Assembly (NCBI RefSeq): GCF_963506605.1
Contig: NC_083288.1
Span: 40,796,001-40,860,000, forward strand
Length of the DNA: 64,000 nucleotides
From: Zootoca vivipara
Taxonomy: Eukaryota
Reading direction: 5' to 3'
The translations under genes were made by a program, and so were the position numbers. Below are positions 35,836 through 48,905 of this stretch, in pieces; positions within the stretch are counted from its first letter, which is position 1, and each line of letters opens with the position of its first letter. Under the pieces are notes generated by a model. That model ran no database searches. It was given only the letters and a program-made list of their open reading frames with translations, and was not told the origin of the DNA.

Positions 35836-36802
35836 AAATGGCTTGTTAGAAGGGGATCCAGGAGGGCACAATAGCTGGTGGGTAAAGGTTAAGTATCTCC
35901 TCTTCCCCGCTTCTTCCACTTCAAAAACACTGTCTCAAAAACTGGTCAGGAGGATATCGTCAGTGGGGATATATCTGACCTTTGGGATGATGTTCTGTTG
36001 ATACCAATATCACCTGAAGATTTCCAACAGACTTCCAAGCTGACTTGGAAGTCTGAATATCCTAGTACACATTTAAGAGGAACATTTGTCTTCCAAAGAA
36101 GGTAGTTTACATTCTCCATTATATTTACCCCCAGCCTCAAAGCACCCACAGAGCCGCCACAAACGACAAGATGACTGTTTATTAGGCATCCTGTAGAATG
36201 TGCTCAGAAGCAGAATAAGGAGAGAATATAAATTATATATTAATCATATATAAATTATATGAAAAAGGAGGTTCCCAGATCATCACTTGGCTTAGTGTAG
36301 ATTAAAATCCCACTGACAATCCGAATGTTCCTCCACAGCCCTGGGCTTGTGGTGCCTGATTGCACGATGACAACTGGCTGTGTCTATAAACATGAACTCT
36401 GCACACTGGGACAGAACTGAGTGGGGAACCAGAGTTGTGAAAGTGTTGGGGGAAGCATTCAAAGCTGCTAGACATTAAGGCTGAACCATATGCGCTCTGT
36501 ATTGTGAATACCATATGGGTGGGGGTTAAATGGAAGGAGAAAATCTAGACATTTGGGGGATGGTGAAATGGGAAAAAAGGAGTGGGGGCCTTACTGAGAA
36601 AGGCATTGGTGACAGCTCCCCACCCTAATATTTGCCTCCTATTCCTTTCTTTCTGAAACCTGATTTTGCTACAGTCATGAGCAACCAAAAACCTCCTATC
36701 CATCTCCCAGCAGACACTATGTCCCCCCAACAATGATTCACTTGGAATAACTGTATGCCATCATGTAGTATAATTCCTGGCAGGAAATGGTTGTAGCCTA
36801 CC

Positions 36803-37900
36803 TGCTCTCAAAAAAACATGTTGCAAACACTGAGCGCCAATTCAATCTAGCCATGACCCCAACTTTTATCGCCAATGAATCTTCCAGGTACTCTGCCTCC
36901 CCTATGGTAAGGTAGAGGTAAAGGTAAAGGACCCCTGGACGGTTAAGTCCAGTCAAAGGTGACTACCGTATGGGGTTGCGGCCCTCATCTCACTTTCAGG
37001 CCGAGGGAGCCGGCGTTTGTCCGCAGACAGCTTTCCGGGTCATGTGGCCAGCATGAATAAACCGCTTCTGGCGCAACGGAACATCGTGATGGAAGCCAGA
37101 GCGCACAGAAATGCTGTTTACCTTCCAGCCACAGCGGTGCCTAGTTATCTACTTGCACTGGTGTGCTTTCGAACTGCTAGGTAGGCAGGGGCTGGGACAG
37201 AGCAACGGGAGCTCACCCCGTTGTGCGGATTTGAACCTCCAACCTTCTGATTGGCAAGCCCAAGAGGTTTATCTAGCTAAACTCGGAAGTCCCTAAGCAC
37301 CAGAGGGCCTTTACCTTGGCTCGATGACATGCCCTTCCTTCAGGTGTCCTTGAAGGCCGATACAGGAAGATTGTTTTACTGGAGAGACAACACCCCCTGT
37401 GACTCTGGACAAATAGAAAGCATGTGCTTCTCCAGTGTCTTTATTATAGAGACATTCATACTAGCCTCATCTTACCATTACTGCATAAGTAGCCAGGGCG
37501 CACAGGGCAATTCTATACCTCTCTGCCACTTTCAGATACCAATCCTGCTACAACACACATTGCCAGATTCTGGACAATAGAGCTCAAAATTCGTCGGATG
37601 GTGACCTGTGTCACAAACTAGATATAATGAGCACTGGTATTAGAGTGCTCTGTAGACTGTCAGCTATAGTCTTATATATACTAACCTTTTACGCTCTTTC
37701 ACTCTTGTCTAATGTTCCTAACCCTTCTTTTAGACTCCCTTAGTTTCTTTTGGATTCTGATAGACTTATATATATATACTTTCTGTTTTAACTCCTTTTA
37801 AAATAAAACAAAACAAAATGTTTTTAGATTTTAAATGATTGTACCCTTCCCTCCTTACGCTGGTCTACAACCGAAATAAAGATTTGATTTGATTTGATTT
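36803..37900 (+). mobile_element. 5'-truncated non-LTR retrotransposon (possibly RTE-X) with (GATTT)n tail; nested Sauria SINE (-) at ~36917-37268
   Basis: 14-bp TSD GGTTGTAGCCTACC at 36789-36802 and 37901-37914; RAFTLAR..LEGRY..PCDSG remnant. Confidence 0.75.
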
Positions 37901-38248
37901 GGTTGTAGCCTACCACCTACATGGGCGGAAACATGAAAGAAAATCTCGGACAGTGCATTACTGCAACCCACATTCCCTCCCTTGGATGCAATAGGAAAAA
38001 GAAAAGGAAATGAATTTAAACACACATCAAATGTTATGCAACTTTCTCCTCAGTTTAATAGTAACAGACATTGCTGCTTTCACAGAATCAAAGCATGTTT
38101 GTTTGCCACTTAAGGGTTTTTTGTTTGTTTGTTTTTTAATTGCAGTAAAGCAGAGCTAGACAAAATGGCAGCAAAGGGGGATTTTCCGTGGAGTTGCAAA
38201 GGATGGCATAATTGTTTAAAAGCTGAATGTTTGGATCTGGGCATTGTC

Positions 38249-38692
38249 TTACACTGTGACAATGATGCTTTCGTCAAAGTGCACAGGTTCTTTATTCTGA
38301 TTACAGGCAATGACGATGTATCTGGACGATTTGTTATCAGAATATTTGCAAGGTGGGCGAGTTGAGCCACCTTTGTGCTTGCAGGTGGTGACAGTGAAGG
38401 GGCGGAGGGCGATCCTCAGCCCGTTCCCGTAATCCTTTCCTCCAGATTCAGTGCACACAGCTTTGATGTTATTCATGGTGTCGTGGATGAAGGTGTTCAC
38501 GTCCTTGCATGGTCTGTCCAGCCCACGTCTTTTCATCATGACGTCACAATACTTATTTCCAACGCTGCTCTTGGGATAATCATAGTGCTGCTTTAGGAAT
38601 GTCTGATGGCTAGGTGCACAGTAGGCTCCCAGTGCCAGAACAGACACCAGAAAGGTGAGGAGCCCAAGGCCAGATCCCTTGAAAGGCATCAT
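38249..38692 (-). CDS. Angiogenin-like ribonuclease (gene C), 147 aa
   Basis: Signal peptide; FLKQHYD, KRRGL, CKDVNTFIH, PVHFDES; 6 mature Cys; acceptor tttcag at ~38709; ATTAAA ~38054. Confidence 0.95.
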   Translation of the reverse strand: MMPFKGSGLGLLTFLVSVLALGAYCAPSHQTFLKQHYDYPKSSVGNKYCDVMMKRRGLDRPCKDVNTFIHDTMNNIKAVCTESGGKDYGNGLRIALRPFTVTTCKHKGGSTRPPCKYSDNKSSRYIVIACNQNKEPVHFDESIIVTV

Positions 38693-38822
38693 CGTGGGCA
38701 ACCGCCGCCTGAAAGAGATACCTGGGGGGGGGGAGTAAAGTGGATGTGTAAATGCTTTCTTTCCGTTTGCCCCCAGAGGGTGCTTTGTGAAACAGCTCGG
38801 AGTTCAAATGAATGCTGTACAG

Positions 38823-39227
38823 CAGGGGTCCCCAGACTACGGCCCCCGGGCCGGATGCGGCCCAGTTGGCCTCCCAATCTGGCCCGCAACGACCCCCGCC
38901 GCCCGCTGCCACTGCCCGCTCTTACAGCGCGCAGCGCGGCGGCGATCTTCCAAATCGGAAAAAAATCGCCGAAAATCCTTTGTGCGCATGTGTATGGGCC
39001 TCTCCCGACCCAGAAGAGGTCATTTCCAGTGCACTTCCGGGTCGGGGGAGGCCCATACGCATGTGCACAAGCGATTTTCGGCGATTTTTTCTGACCAGGA
39101 AGCGCGCCAGTGCACCAGTAAGTGTGTGTGCGCATGCGCACAGGCGTGCACTCCCCCGCCCTCCGGCCCGCTGCGTGTGCACTCCCCTGCCCTCCGGCCC
39201 AAAGCCCGGTAAGTCTGGGGACCCCTG
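38823..39227. mobile_element. hAT-type MITE
   Basis: TIR CAGGGGTCCCCAGACT, 8-bp TSD CTGTACAG. Confidence 0.92.
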
Positions 39228-40241
39228 CTGTACAGTATATCCTTGCAAATTCTTATCTGCAAATGCTGTGGTGGTTGCTATCTAGCCAGGATCACATATC
39301 CATGTGGATATTGATACAAACCAGTCACATTGCTGCTTATGCATCTTATAATACATCTTATAATGTATTAAAGAAGTTTAATACACAATTTATTTATTTA
39401 TTTTAAAAAACACACTAAGTAGAATAATAGAAGCATAACCACCCCACCCCACCCCACTCACCCTCTTCTCCCTCCCCCCTCTTCTTCTTCCTAATTGTTT
39501 GAATCAATTCATAAACCAAGAGTTTATGCATTCACCACTAATAATAAAACACATGTTGAAGATATTTTTCAATTGTGATATACAATGACATGAGAAAACT
39601 TGGTATACTTATTCGTATAACATCATTCTTGTTTGTAAAACCCAATTAAAAAAAACTCCAATATAAAAGAAGGAGCTTAGACCGTTGTTGAGGGTCAGGG
39701 AGAGGAGGCCAGAAGATAGGATATTTGTACAAGCTCAGTTAAGTTTCTGGCTGAAGTGAGATCTGAGCAAGGGACTCACTGGTATGAATCTGAGCTCCAG
39801 ACTAGCACCAAGAGGCCAGGGTTCAAATCCCCACTCAGCCGTGAAGCTCATTGGGAAACCCTGGGTCAGCCTCAGTCTCTTACCCTAGCCTGCCTCACAG
39901 GATTGATGAGAGAACTGATTGGAGAATGATGGATGCTGCCTTGAGCTCCTTGGTGGAAAGGTGTATAAACTCCCTCAAAATCCTTCTGAAAGTCTTCACC
40001 AAGCACCACCAGGAGCTCAACAAGAGAGTGGGGTATAAGATTTATTTCCTAACCTTCAGGTTAAAGTGCTGTACACCTGGGAACACCATGAGCTTTAAGT
40101 AGCTGGGTTGGTGTTGCAGCATCAATAGATTTAAACAATTGTTCCAATTGTTGCTATAATTTGGCTGCTATAATCTTTTCACATAGCCTCTTACATAAAT
40201 GCATCTTAAGCTCCCCCGCTCCCCTTTTCTAGTAGGATTTA

Positions 40242-40598
40242 AAGGTAAAGGTAAAGGGACCCCTGACCATTAGGTCCAGTCGTAACCAACTCTGGGGTTG
40301 CGGCGCTCATCTCGAGTTATTGGCCGAGGGAGCCGGCGTACAGCTTCCAGGTCATGTGGCCAGCATGACAAAGCCGCTTCTGATGAACCAGAGCAGCACA
40401 CGGAAACGCCATTTACCTTCCCACTGGAGTGGTACCTATTTATCTACTTGCACTTTGATGTGCTTTCGAACTGCTAGGTTGGCAGGAGCTGGGACTGAAC
40501 AACGGGAGCTCACCCCGTTGCAGGGATTCGAGCTGCTGACCTTCTGATCAGCAAGCCCTAGGCTCTGTGGTTTAACCCACAGCACCACCTGCGTCCCC
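40242..40598 (-). mobile_element. Sauria SINE (3' part of the tRNA-SINE chimera)
   Basis: Full-length copy; TSD TAGGATTTA encloses it together with the tRNA. Confidence 0.92.
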
Positions 40599-40610
40599 AA
40601 AATCTTGAAC

Positions 40611-40684
40611 AGTCCCTGGGTGGGCTAGAACCACCAACCTTTTGGTTAACAGCCGAACGCGCTAACCGATTGTACCACAGAGAC
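40611..40684 (-). tRNA. tRNA-Asn(GTT) copy, probably a retro-pseudogene
   Basis: GTCTCTGTGG..CAATCGGTTAGCGCGTTCGGCTGTTAACC..GGTTGGTGGTTC.AGCCCACCCAGGGAC; ~5 changes vs the recalled vertebrate tRNA-Asn, including T-loop and discriminator. Confidence 0.85.
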
Positions 40685-40959
40685 CTCTAGGATTTAGTAA
40701 TAGCTAAATTGGACTCACTTTTGCATGTTGCAATTTGTGCACACAACAGCTCCCTCATCTTGTGGTTCAATGTGGTATGTTCACCCCTCTTTAAACTATA
40801 TATTCCCCTAATAATAACTGCATGCTTTATATTCTGCCTATGCTTCCTAGGCATTTAATGTTCTCTAACATTTCGCTTTTCTAAGATTCGTCTGTGTGGA
40901 ATGTGCTTTGAATTTCCTTTGTTACTCTGTGAGATTATTCCTCCCATCCAGGCCCATGG

Positions 40960-41900
40960 GAGGGTGGGGGGCAGCCAAGTACCGCCAAGACTATAAGTTG
41001 GGCCAAACTTATTCAGGGACAGCCCCATGGAGGCCATGCTTTCCACAAAGTCCCAAGTGGCCCCTTGTAAGGTCATGTCAGCATGGATGTTAAAACCCTC
41101 CAGGACAACCAAACTAGGTGTCTCCAGGAGAACATCCGCCACGACCTGAAGCAGCTTGGGCAGGGAATCCTAGGTGCAGCAGGGAGGCTGGTACACCAAA
41201 AGGAATCCTGTACTACCTCTATTGCTCAACTTTCCGAACATGCAGTCAGAGAACTGGGTCATTGCAATAGGATGCCTGGTGCAAGCTAATGACTTCCTAA
41301 AACTCACTGCAACCCCACCTCCCCGCCCATATGACCTGGGTTGCTGTGTGTAAGAGAAACCTGGTGGACAAGCGGTGACAAGGACAGGCCCATCTGCTTC
41401 ATCCAACCAAGTCTCTGTTACACATGCCAGGTCAAGTCCTCCATCCACAATCAAGTGGTGGATGACAGCCGTCTTGTGAATAATTGATCTGGCATTGCAC
41501 AGCAGCACCTTCAGGTCGCTTGGGTCTACCTTGTTGAATCCAGTATCCTTGCGGTCAAGACCAGACCCAGAGGCAGGGATAGTTTTCAAACAATGACTAA
41601 ACCTGTCTCCTTGGTAATGACCTGGTCATAAATCCACCATTGCTCTGACCTTTCAATAATTGTTACGCTCTTAGGCATCTACCACCAGACCCAATAACTT
41701 ACTATTTCTTCTCTTTAGCCTCCTTTCTTCTCTCTTAGCCTCTCTTATGTTTTGCTCAGCTCCAGGTGATACTCTGTCAACCTTTGTCCAACCTTTTATT
41801 CTCTAGCGGCCAAAGCTTCTGGCCAATAGCACATGGCCAGGTTGCAAGACAGTCTTCTACTGGACCTCAGCCAGGTCCAATAGGAATCCTTTAGTGACCC
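40960..41900 (-). mobile_element. L2-clade LINE 5' part (AP endonuclease remnant)
   Basis: LLCNARSI..K...DLACVTETWL...GGGVA...LLVYQPP. Confidence 0.8.
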
Positions 41901-42765
41901 TCACCCGGGATTGGTCCCGGCTAGTGTGAGCACAAACCATTGAAGGCTGGTCCTTTAGGATGAATGGAACAATGCCCCCCCCCAACAACAACAGCGTGAT
42001 CCTAGCCACTTCCTCCAGCCAGCCCAGAGCATGCCCCTAGCTGTCAACTTCCTCTTCCTCAGTATCAGATCATGCCAGTCATGAATGGATAATTAAATGC
42101 AATTTTGCAAAGCAGTTCAGATATGCCGAAATGTGTTTTCGAAAGCCAAAGCTGACGGAAGTCCTTCACAATGTTTCTGGAAAAGGGTCAGGGTTGCAAC
42201 TGTAATCATTAGGAACCCCTTCTTAGTCACTGCCGAGAGCTAGTAGGAAAACAATGTCTACTTGGAAGAAGGTTGGACCTGTTCACTGGCATCCAAAAGT
42301 GGTCGTGCGTTCGGTTTCCCCACCTCTGCTCTTTTAAATGCCTCCTGTATTTTGCTGCCATGCAAGATTCTTTGGCCTGTCTCCATCCCAACCCCGATCC
42401 ATCGTTCCCCACCCCCTGTAATTTCTTCATTACCACTTATATTCACCTTGGTAAAGACTGAATTCCTCAATGAATTCTGCTCATGTGTCAGGGTCAGTGT
42501 TCGTTTGTAATGAGGGGCAGAAATCCACACTCAAAAACGGCAAAGTCATAACATACAACTCAATTAATACTTCAAACAACAACAACAACAACAACAACAC
42601 AAAAACCTGAAAAGGCAACCAACCGAAAGAGGAACTTGCTGCCAAACATGGATGGCTCAATGGCAACCTTCAGGAAATGGGGACACCAGTCATCTGAATT
42701 TGAGGCAGAAATGAGACCCAGACCTTTTCTATTAATCTGTGGAAGACTTCACTGATAGCATAGGC

Positions 42766-43151
42766 CAGGGGTTGGCAAGGCTTACCGGGCATGGGCCAGA
42801 TCACTCCCGCAGAGATCCTCCGTGGGCCGGACTGGCGCACCGCAACTCCGGAAATCGCGTCTGCGTATGTCTGTGGCACCGGAAATCACTTCTGTGCATG
42901 CCCAGGTGCTGAAAATCTCGCCTGCGCAGGCGCAATTTTCAGCATCTGGGCATGTGATTGCTGGCGCTGCGGACATGCACAGAAGCGATTTCCGGAGCTG
43001 CAGAAGAGAGTCCCCGTGCCATGCTGTGCTGGTTTAGCGCAGCGCACGGGGACTCGCTAAGCGGGCAGCTCAGTTCGGGGCAGCTCATGGACTGGTTAAG
43101 CGACCCTCATGGGCCACCTCCGGCCCATGAGCCTTAGGTTGCCGACCTCTG
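42766..43151. mobile_element. hAT-type MITE
   Basis: CAGGGGTTGGCAA...TTGCCGACCTCTG, TSD GCATAGGC. Confidence 0.88.
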
Positions 43152-43596
43152 GCATAGGCCAAGGATGGGGAACTGGGTTCAGCTGGTGGGGGCAGGTCCT
43201 TGGTTTCCCCCACCCTTGGTATGCCATTTTAACAAGTGTCCATCACCTGACATCACTATGACGCCAAAATATCAATTCTTCCTTCCTAGTGATGTAAGCT
43301 GCGCTAGAAAGGAAAATGCAAAGCCAGCTAAGCAAGGCTGGAAATTTCTGTCATGGAAACATAGGAAGTTAGCTGACCAGTGCTGTCTTCACTTTCTGAT
43401 CACTTGAAGCTGATCCCAGGGAAACTGAAGCCCATCTTAGTCTGGAAGCTATGCAACTGGAAGTATTATCTTAAAAAACCAAACATAGCTCTATCACCTT
43501 GCCTTGAAATAGAACAAAAGGAGCTTATTATTTTGAATTTTTCTCATTTAATCCCCCATTTGCCTCTTCTCACTTTCATAACACCTCTTTTTATTA

Positions 43597-43722
43597 CAGG
43601 TAGGTAGCCGTGTTGGTCTGAGTCGAAGCAAAATAAAAAAATTCCTTCAGTAGCACCTTAAAGACCAACTAAGTTTATATTTTGGTATGAGCTTTCGTGT
43701 GCATGCACACTTCTTCAGATAC
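43597..43722. mobile_element. Penelope pseudo-LTR solo unit
   Basis: Matches the 21470-21565 block; flanked by CCTCTTTTTA repeats. Confidence 0.7.
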
Positions 43723-45285
43723 CTCTTTTTATGTGTGACTATGTCCCGCCTTCTCTTTCCTGCAGGATATTCTGTAGCAGCAAAAGCCAAAGGGGCCATG
43801 CCACACCTGATATGATCACAAATTTAGTATAGCGGTAGTTCCTAAATTTCTCCCATGGCTACTTGAAAATTACCAAGGATATTGTCAGACCACTTAATGA
43901 TTTCTGTTGTAGTATTTGCAACACATGGCAACAAGTGCTCTGTTGTTCTTGATTGTATTTCAGTGCTTCTTTTGTTTCTTATATTGTATTTTATTGCATT
44001 ACAATTAGGATTGTATATAATTCAGTGGAATTCACAGACACACCAATGGACCACAGTTAGAAAACATCTGTATCATAGGATAAGAGTTCACTGCTTAGAG
44101 TCCACTTTTTCAGATATATCTGAAATAGTGGAATTTTTAAATGTATTAATACACTTTTCCCTCAAAAATACTTTCCAAGTGAGAAGGAAGGAAAATTCTG
44201 TGTCTCAAATTAGCAATAATCCCCAGATTACCAGTTTTCATTCTTTTTCTCCTTAAAAAACAAAAACAGATTCCTAGCATTTTTATAACATTTATATAAC
44301 AAAATGTGCATTCTCCAGTTTTCTTCTTTTTTTGTGATAAATAAACATGTCTTTCCATTTTCAGTATTTTATTCTGTCCCTCCCCTATAGAAAGAAAAAA
44401 TCACTCCATGCTGTAGAATAATTTCTACAGATGTCCAAGCCTCCAAGACTTGTTTCTTTCTTCTGTTTAATAGAATTCAAGTAGAAAAGTGGGGAAATAT
44501 AATTGAAACAGCTTTCTCTAAATGGCAGCAAAAAAGAGAGGTTTGATGTGGAAAGTGATGGATCTTTCAAAATCCATTCAAACCAGTCTAATTAATTCTT
44601 AATTTTTATTTCTTGCTCTCTCTACATCGATAGAAAGAAATAATTGAGTATTATTACATCCAGATACTAGAGAACTTGTAGTAACCATATGATTGTGAAA
44701 TGTACCGTACAATTGGGACTGTAAATCACTAAAAACAAACTCAAAGAATGGGAAGGATTATAGTACAGCGTTACAAAATACCACAGTTTAGGATTGTGAC
44801 AGGAGCCATATTGGTTATAGCTGCTTGTGCATAGTGGAAATTTAACTGAGTTAAAACCAGTTCTTCTTTTCTGGGGGTACGCATACCCCTAAACTGTTTG
44901 TGAATTGAAGTTTGGCCTCATTGAGGGGCAGTATTTTAATATGGTTAGGAGAAATGAGAGTACCCCTAAACATTTTTTTAGAAAAAAAACAATGGTTAAA
45001 ACTATAGCAAAAATACTGACAAGACACGTGGACAGCTACCCACCAAGAAGCAGAAGTAAGTATTAGGCAGTTTCTGGTGAGCAAATCAGATGTTACAGAA
45101 TCTGAGCCACAAAAAGTAAATCGTTAGCTTGCTTGACAAATAGACAGGAGCCTAACCACAGCAAGTAACCACCAGCTTGCTTGACAAATAGCAATGATAA
45201 ATGTATAGATATTAAGACGTGATAAACAAACTTGTGTGCATGGACGGAATACACCCCTCAAAAAGCACAAAAAAATTGTGCAGAG

Positions 45286-45420
45286 CAGGCTTCCTAAACT
45301 CGCCCCTCCAGATGTTTTTGGCCTACAACTCCTATGATCCCTAGCTAGCAGGACCAGTGGTCAGGGATGATGGGAATTGTAGTCTCAAAACATCTGGAGG
45401 GCCGAGTTTGAGGAAGCCTG
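45286..45420. mobile_element. hAT-type hairpin MITE
   Basis: TIR CAGGCTTCCT, TSD GTGCAGAG. Confidence 0.88.
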
Positions 45421-45714
45421 GTGCAGAGGTTTGGATAGGGAGAGTCTAGAAGTTGCTGCAGCAATGAATATAGATCACCTAATGGGTGCCTTGCTTCATA
45501 TCTTAGTCTTGGCCAGTTATTTCCCGCCTGGGACAGGTATTGAGGATTCTACCACAGGGTCTCAGGGACAACTTGAGAAAAAAGGTACATCTTCAAATGA
45601 TGAACAGAGATTGATCTGCCTGCCCAATGTATGTTTCTTAGTCTCTTGACTGAGTCAGATGAACGTATGATAGGAAAAAAATTAACAAATGTATTGGTCC
45701 GTGCTGTTTTAATA

Positions 45715-46381
45715 CAGTGGAACCTCGGTTTACGAACACCTCGGTTTACGAATTTTCAGTTTATGAATGCTGCGGACCCATCTGGAACGGATTAATTCAC
45801 TTTCCATTACTTTCAATGGGAAAGTTGGCTTCAGTTTATGAACACTTCAGTGTATGAACAGACTTCCGGAACCAATTACACCCATACTTCGGGTTAAGTA
45901 TGCTTCAGGTTGAGTACTCTGCGGACCCGTCTGGAACGGATTATTCCACTTTCCATTACTTTCAATGGGAAAGTTCGCCTTAGTTTATGAACGCTTCAGT
46001 TTATGAACAGACTTCCGGAACCAATTACACCCATGCTTCAGGTTAAGCACGCTTCAGGTTGAGTACTCCGCGGACCCGTCTGGAACGGATTAATCCACTT
46101 TCCATTACTTTCAATGGGAAAGTTCGTTTCAGTTTATGAACGCTTCAGTTTAAGTACTCCGTGGACCGTCTGGAATAGATTAATCCACTTTCCATTACTT
46201 TCAATGGGAAAGTTTGCTTCAGTTTAGGAACGCTTCAGTTTAAGTACTCCGCGGACCCATCTGGAACGGATTAATTCACTTTCCATTACTTTCAATGCGA
46301 AAGTTCGCTTCAGTTTATGAACGCTTCAGTTTATGAACAGACTTCCGGAACCAATTGTATTCATAAACCGAGGTACCACTG
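45715..46381. mobile_element. Tigger-type MITE with 5 internal tandem subunits
   Basis: TIR CAGTGG[A/T]ACCTCGGTTTA, TA TSD; CCATTACTTTCAATG five times. Confidence 0.9.
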
Positions 46382-46779
46382 TAATGTATAATTTGCTTAA
46401 AAGCATGGTTTCCTAGCTGTGTACAGCAGGAATACAACATACAAAAGAAAATCAAATACAGTTGAAATTTTTTGGGGGGGAGGGGGTGTTTTTTAAAATG
46501 GCTGCTGAAATTTTTAAAAGTCACCGTTTTGGCCGTATGGGTTTTGTGTGTTCTGAAAGGAATCATATAAGTATGTGGACCGTTCTCACAACATTGCCTA
46601 TGCCAGCCACTGAAAGGTGTAAAAGACAGAAGTGAAATATGAAAAGAAAAGAAAATGAATATGAAAGAAAAAGTGATTGATATGTGTTGTATTTGCAATA
46701 TAACATTGTTGGTGATGTGGAGTCCTGTTTTTCTCTACCTGTTTTTGCAGTTTAAATTTACAATGGAAGGGGGAAGAGA

Positions 46780-47640
46780 TACCAACAGTGCAGTGCAGGA
46801 TTGGCAAGTAAAAATAATAGAATTTATGAATTTAGCCAAAATGACTGCAGCTGTATAAGGAACATCCCCAAACAAAAAATTCAAAACGAGTGGAAATTGG
46901 TAGAGGACTATCTGAAAAAAGAAGGTATAAAAACTGATCTGGTGATTTGCTTAAGTTAAGTAATGTATAAAGAGAAACATTTATTAGACAAAGGAAGAAG
47001 GTACTCCTGTGGTAGGTGGTTCAAATAAAGGGATTTAAGAAAGTGAGTTTGGCTCACTTTCTCACTTGAGAAAGTGGTTCAAATAAAGGGATTTAAGAAA
47101 GACCCTGATGTTGGGAAAGATTGAGGGCACTAGAAGAAGGGGACGACAGAGGACGAGATGGTTGCACAGTGTTCTCGAAGCTACGAACATGAGTTTGACC
47201 AAACTGCAGGAGGCAGTGCAAGACAGGAGTGCCTGGCGTGCTATGGTCCATGGGGTCACGAAGGGTCGGACACGACTGAGTGACTGAATAATAACAAGAA
47301 AGTGAGTTAAGAGGGATGAAAGCTATAGGAAGTGATATGCTAAAAATCGGAAGTATTTTAAATTTTTATTTTTATTTCTTTTCTTTTTTCCTTGTTTTCT
47401 TTTTGAAATTTTGTGCTTTGATTTCATCTTGATTTAAACCATTTGTATCTCATTTGATATGTATTGTGTCGAGTATAAGTTTGGATGAAATTTTATTTTG
47501 AGCATTTATTTTTATGTTTTGCTTTTGATATTCTTATATCTTTTTCGGTTTCTTTATATTTTGTAAATCTTTTGTTTTTGTTATATTTTGTAATGTTTTA
47601 AAGAATTAAAATAAAGGTCTTTTTAAAATAAAAGACTTTT
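46780..47640 (+). mobile_element. L1 3' fragment with a nested BovB 3' fragment (~47097-47297)
   Basis: DWQVKIIEFMNLAKMT remnant; BovB flanked by AAGAAAGTGAGTT. Confidence 0.7.
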
Positions 47641-47842
47641 TTTTTACAGTGCTTTAAACTGAAACGCTTCTTTGATGGGTCTAGATCCAGCTTCAGAGTC
47701 AGCTGGGTACATTAACCTAGGCATCAGAGAGCAAAGCCAGGCAGGGGTCGGGGGAGGGGGAGGCTGCCAGAGGCCTGCCAGACTTATGCCCCGTGCCTCC
47801 CTGCCAACCAGTCAGGGAAATATGTATCTCCCGCAGAGACAC

Positions 47843-48444
47843 ATCTGACCTTTGGGTTGATGTTATATTGATGCCTTTTGAAGATTTCTCTCTCTCTCAG
47901 TTTCCAACAGACTTCCAATCTGACTTGGAAGTGTGAGTCCCATGTGAGTCTAAATATCCCCACACACTTTCAAGGGAAAATTTGTCTCCCTAAGAAGGGA
48001 ATTTTCATTCTCCATTATATTTATTCCCAGGCCTCCAGACTCCCACAGAGCCACGAATGGCAAGATGACTATTTGTGCGCCCCTTGGGATGTGCTCAGAA
48101 GCAGCCCTGGGGTTGTGGTGGCTAATCACATGGTGACAACTGGCTGTGTCTATAAAGGTAGGACGTGGGTGGCGCTGTGGTCTAAATGACTGAGCCTCTT
48201 GGGCTTGCTGATTGTAAGGTCAGCAGTTTGAATCCACATGGCGGGGATAAAACAGGAAACTTAGACCATTGTTGAGAGTCAGGGAGACGAGACCAGAAGA
48301 TAGGATATTTGTACAAACTAAGTTAAGTTTCCGGCTGAAGTGAATTCTGAGCAAGGGACTCATTGGTACGAATCTGCGCTCCCGACTAGCATGGAGAGAC
48401 CAGGGTTCAAATCCCCACTCAGCCGTGAAGCTCATTGGGAAACC
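47843..48444 (-). pseudogene. Ghost duplicate of RNase gene C lacking the coding exon
   Basis: 47843-48156 matches 35973-36389 (3' flank of C); 48255-48444 matches 39670-39860 (intron of C); joined by a Sauria SINE head. Confidence 0.75.
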
Positions 48445-48446
48445 AG

Positions 48447-48518
48447 CATAGCTGCCAAGTTTTCCCTATTCAGCATAAGGGAAAATCCCTTTAAAAAAGG
48501 GATAACTTGGCAGCTATG
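48447..48518. mobile_element. Tiny hAT-type MITE
   Basis: TIR CATAGCTGCCAAGTT, TSD GAAACCAG. Confidence 0.85.
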
Positions 48519-48650
48519 GAAACCAGTTTCTTCCCTCCTCTATTATATAAAGGAGGATTGCTGAATCATAAATGTAGAGAAGAAAACTTTATATAAAGCA
48601 AATGTAAGCTCCCCTCCGCCCACACCGTCTTTTGCACCAAATGAAGTACC

Positions 48651-48703
<53 letters not shown>

Positions 48704-48905
48704 TTATTATTTATACCCCGCCCATCTGGCTGGGTTTCCCCAGCCACTCTGGGCGGCTTCCAACAGAAGAATAAAACACAGTAATCTATTAAACATTAAA
48801 AGCCTCCCTGAACAGGGCTGCCTTCAGGTGTCTTCTAAAAGTCTGGTAGTTGTTTTCCTCTTTGACATCTGTTGGGAGGGCGTTCCACAGGGCAGGCGCA
48901 ACCAC
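48651..48905 (-). mobile_element. L2 3' end with (TTA)n tail
   Basis: Same family as 5350-6010. Confidence 0.85.

Noticed and set aside
40611-40684. Functional tRNA-Asn gene
   Set aside because: Substitutions in the D-arm region, anticodon stem, T-loop and discriminator, and it lies within a TSD-bounded retroposon.
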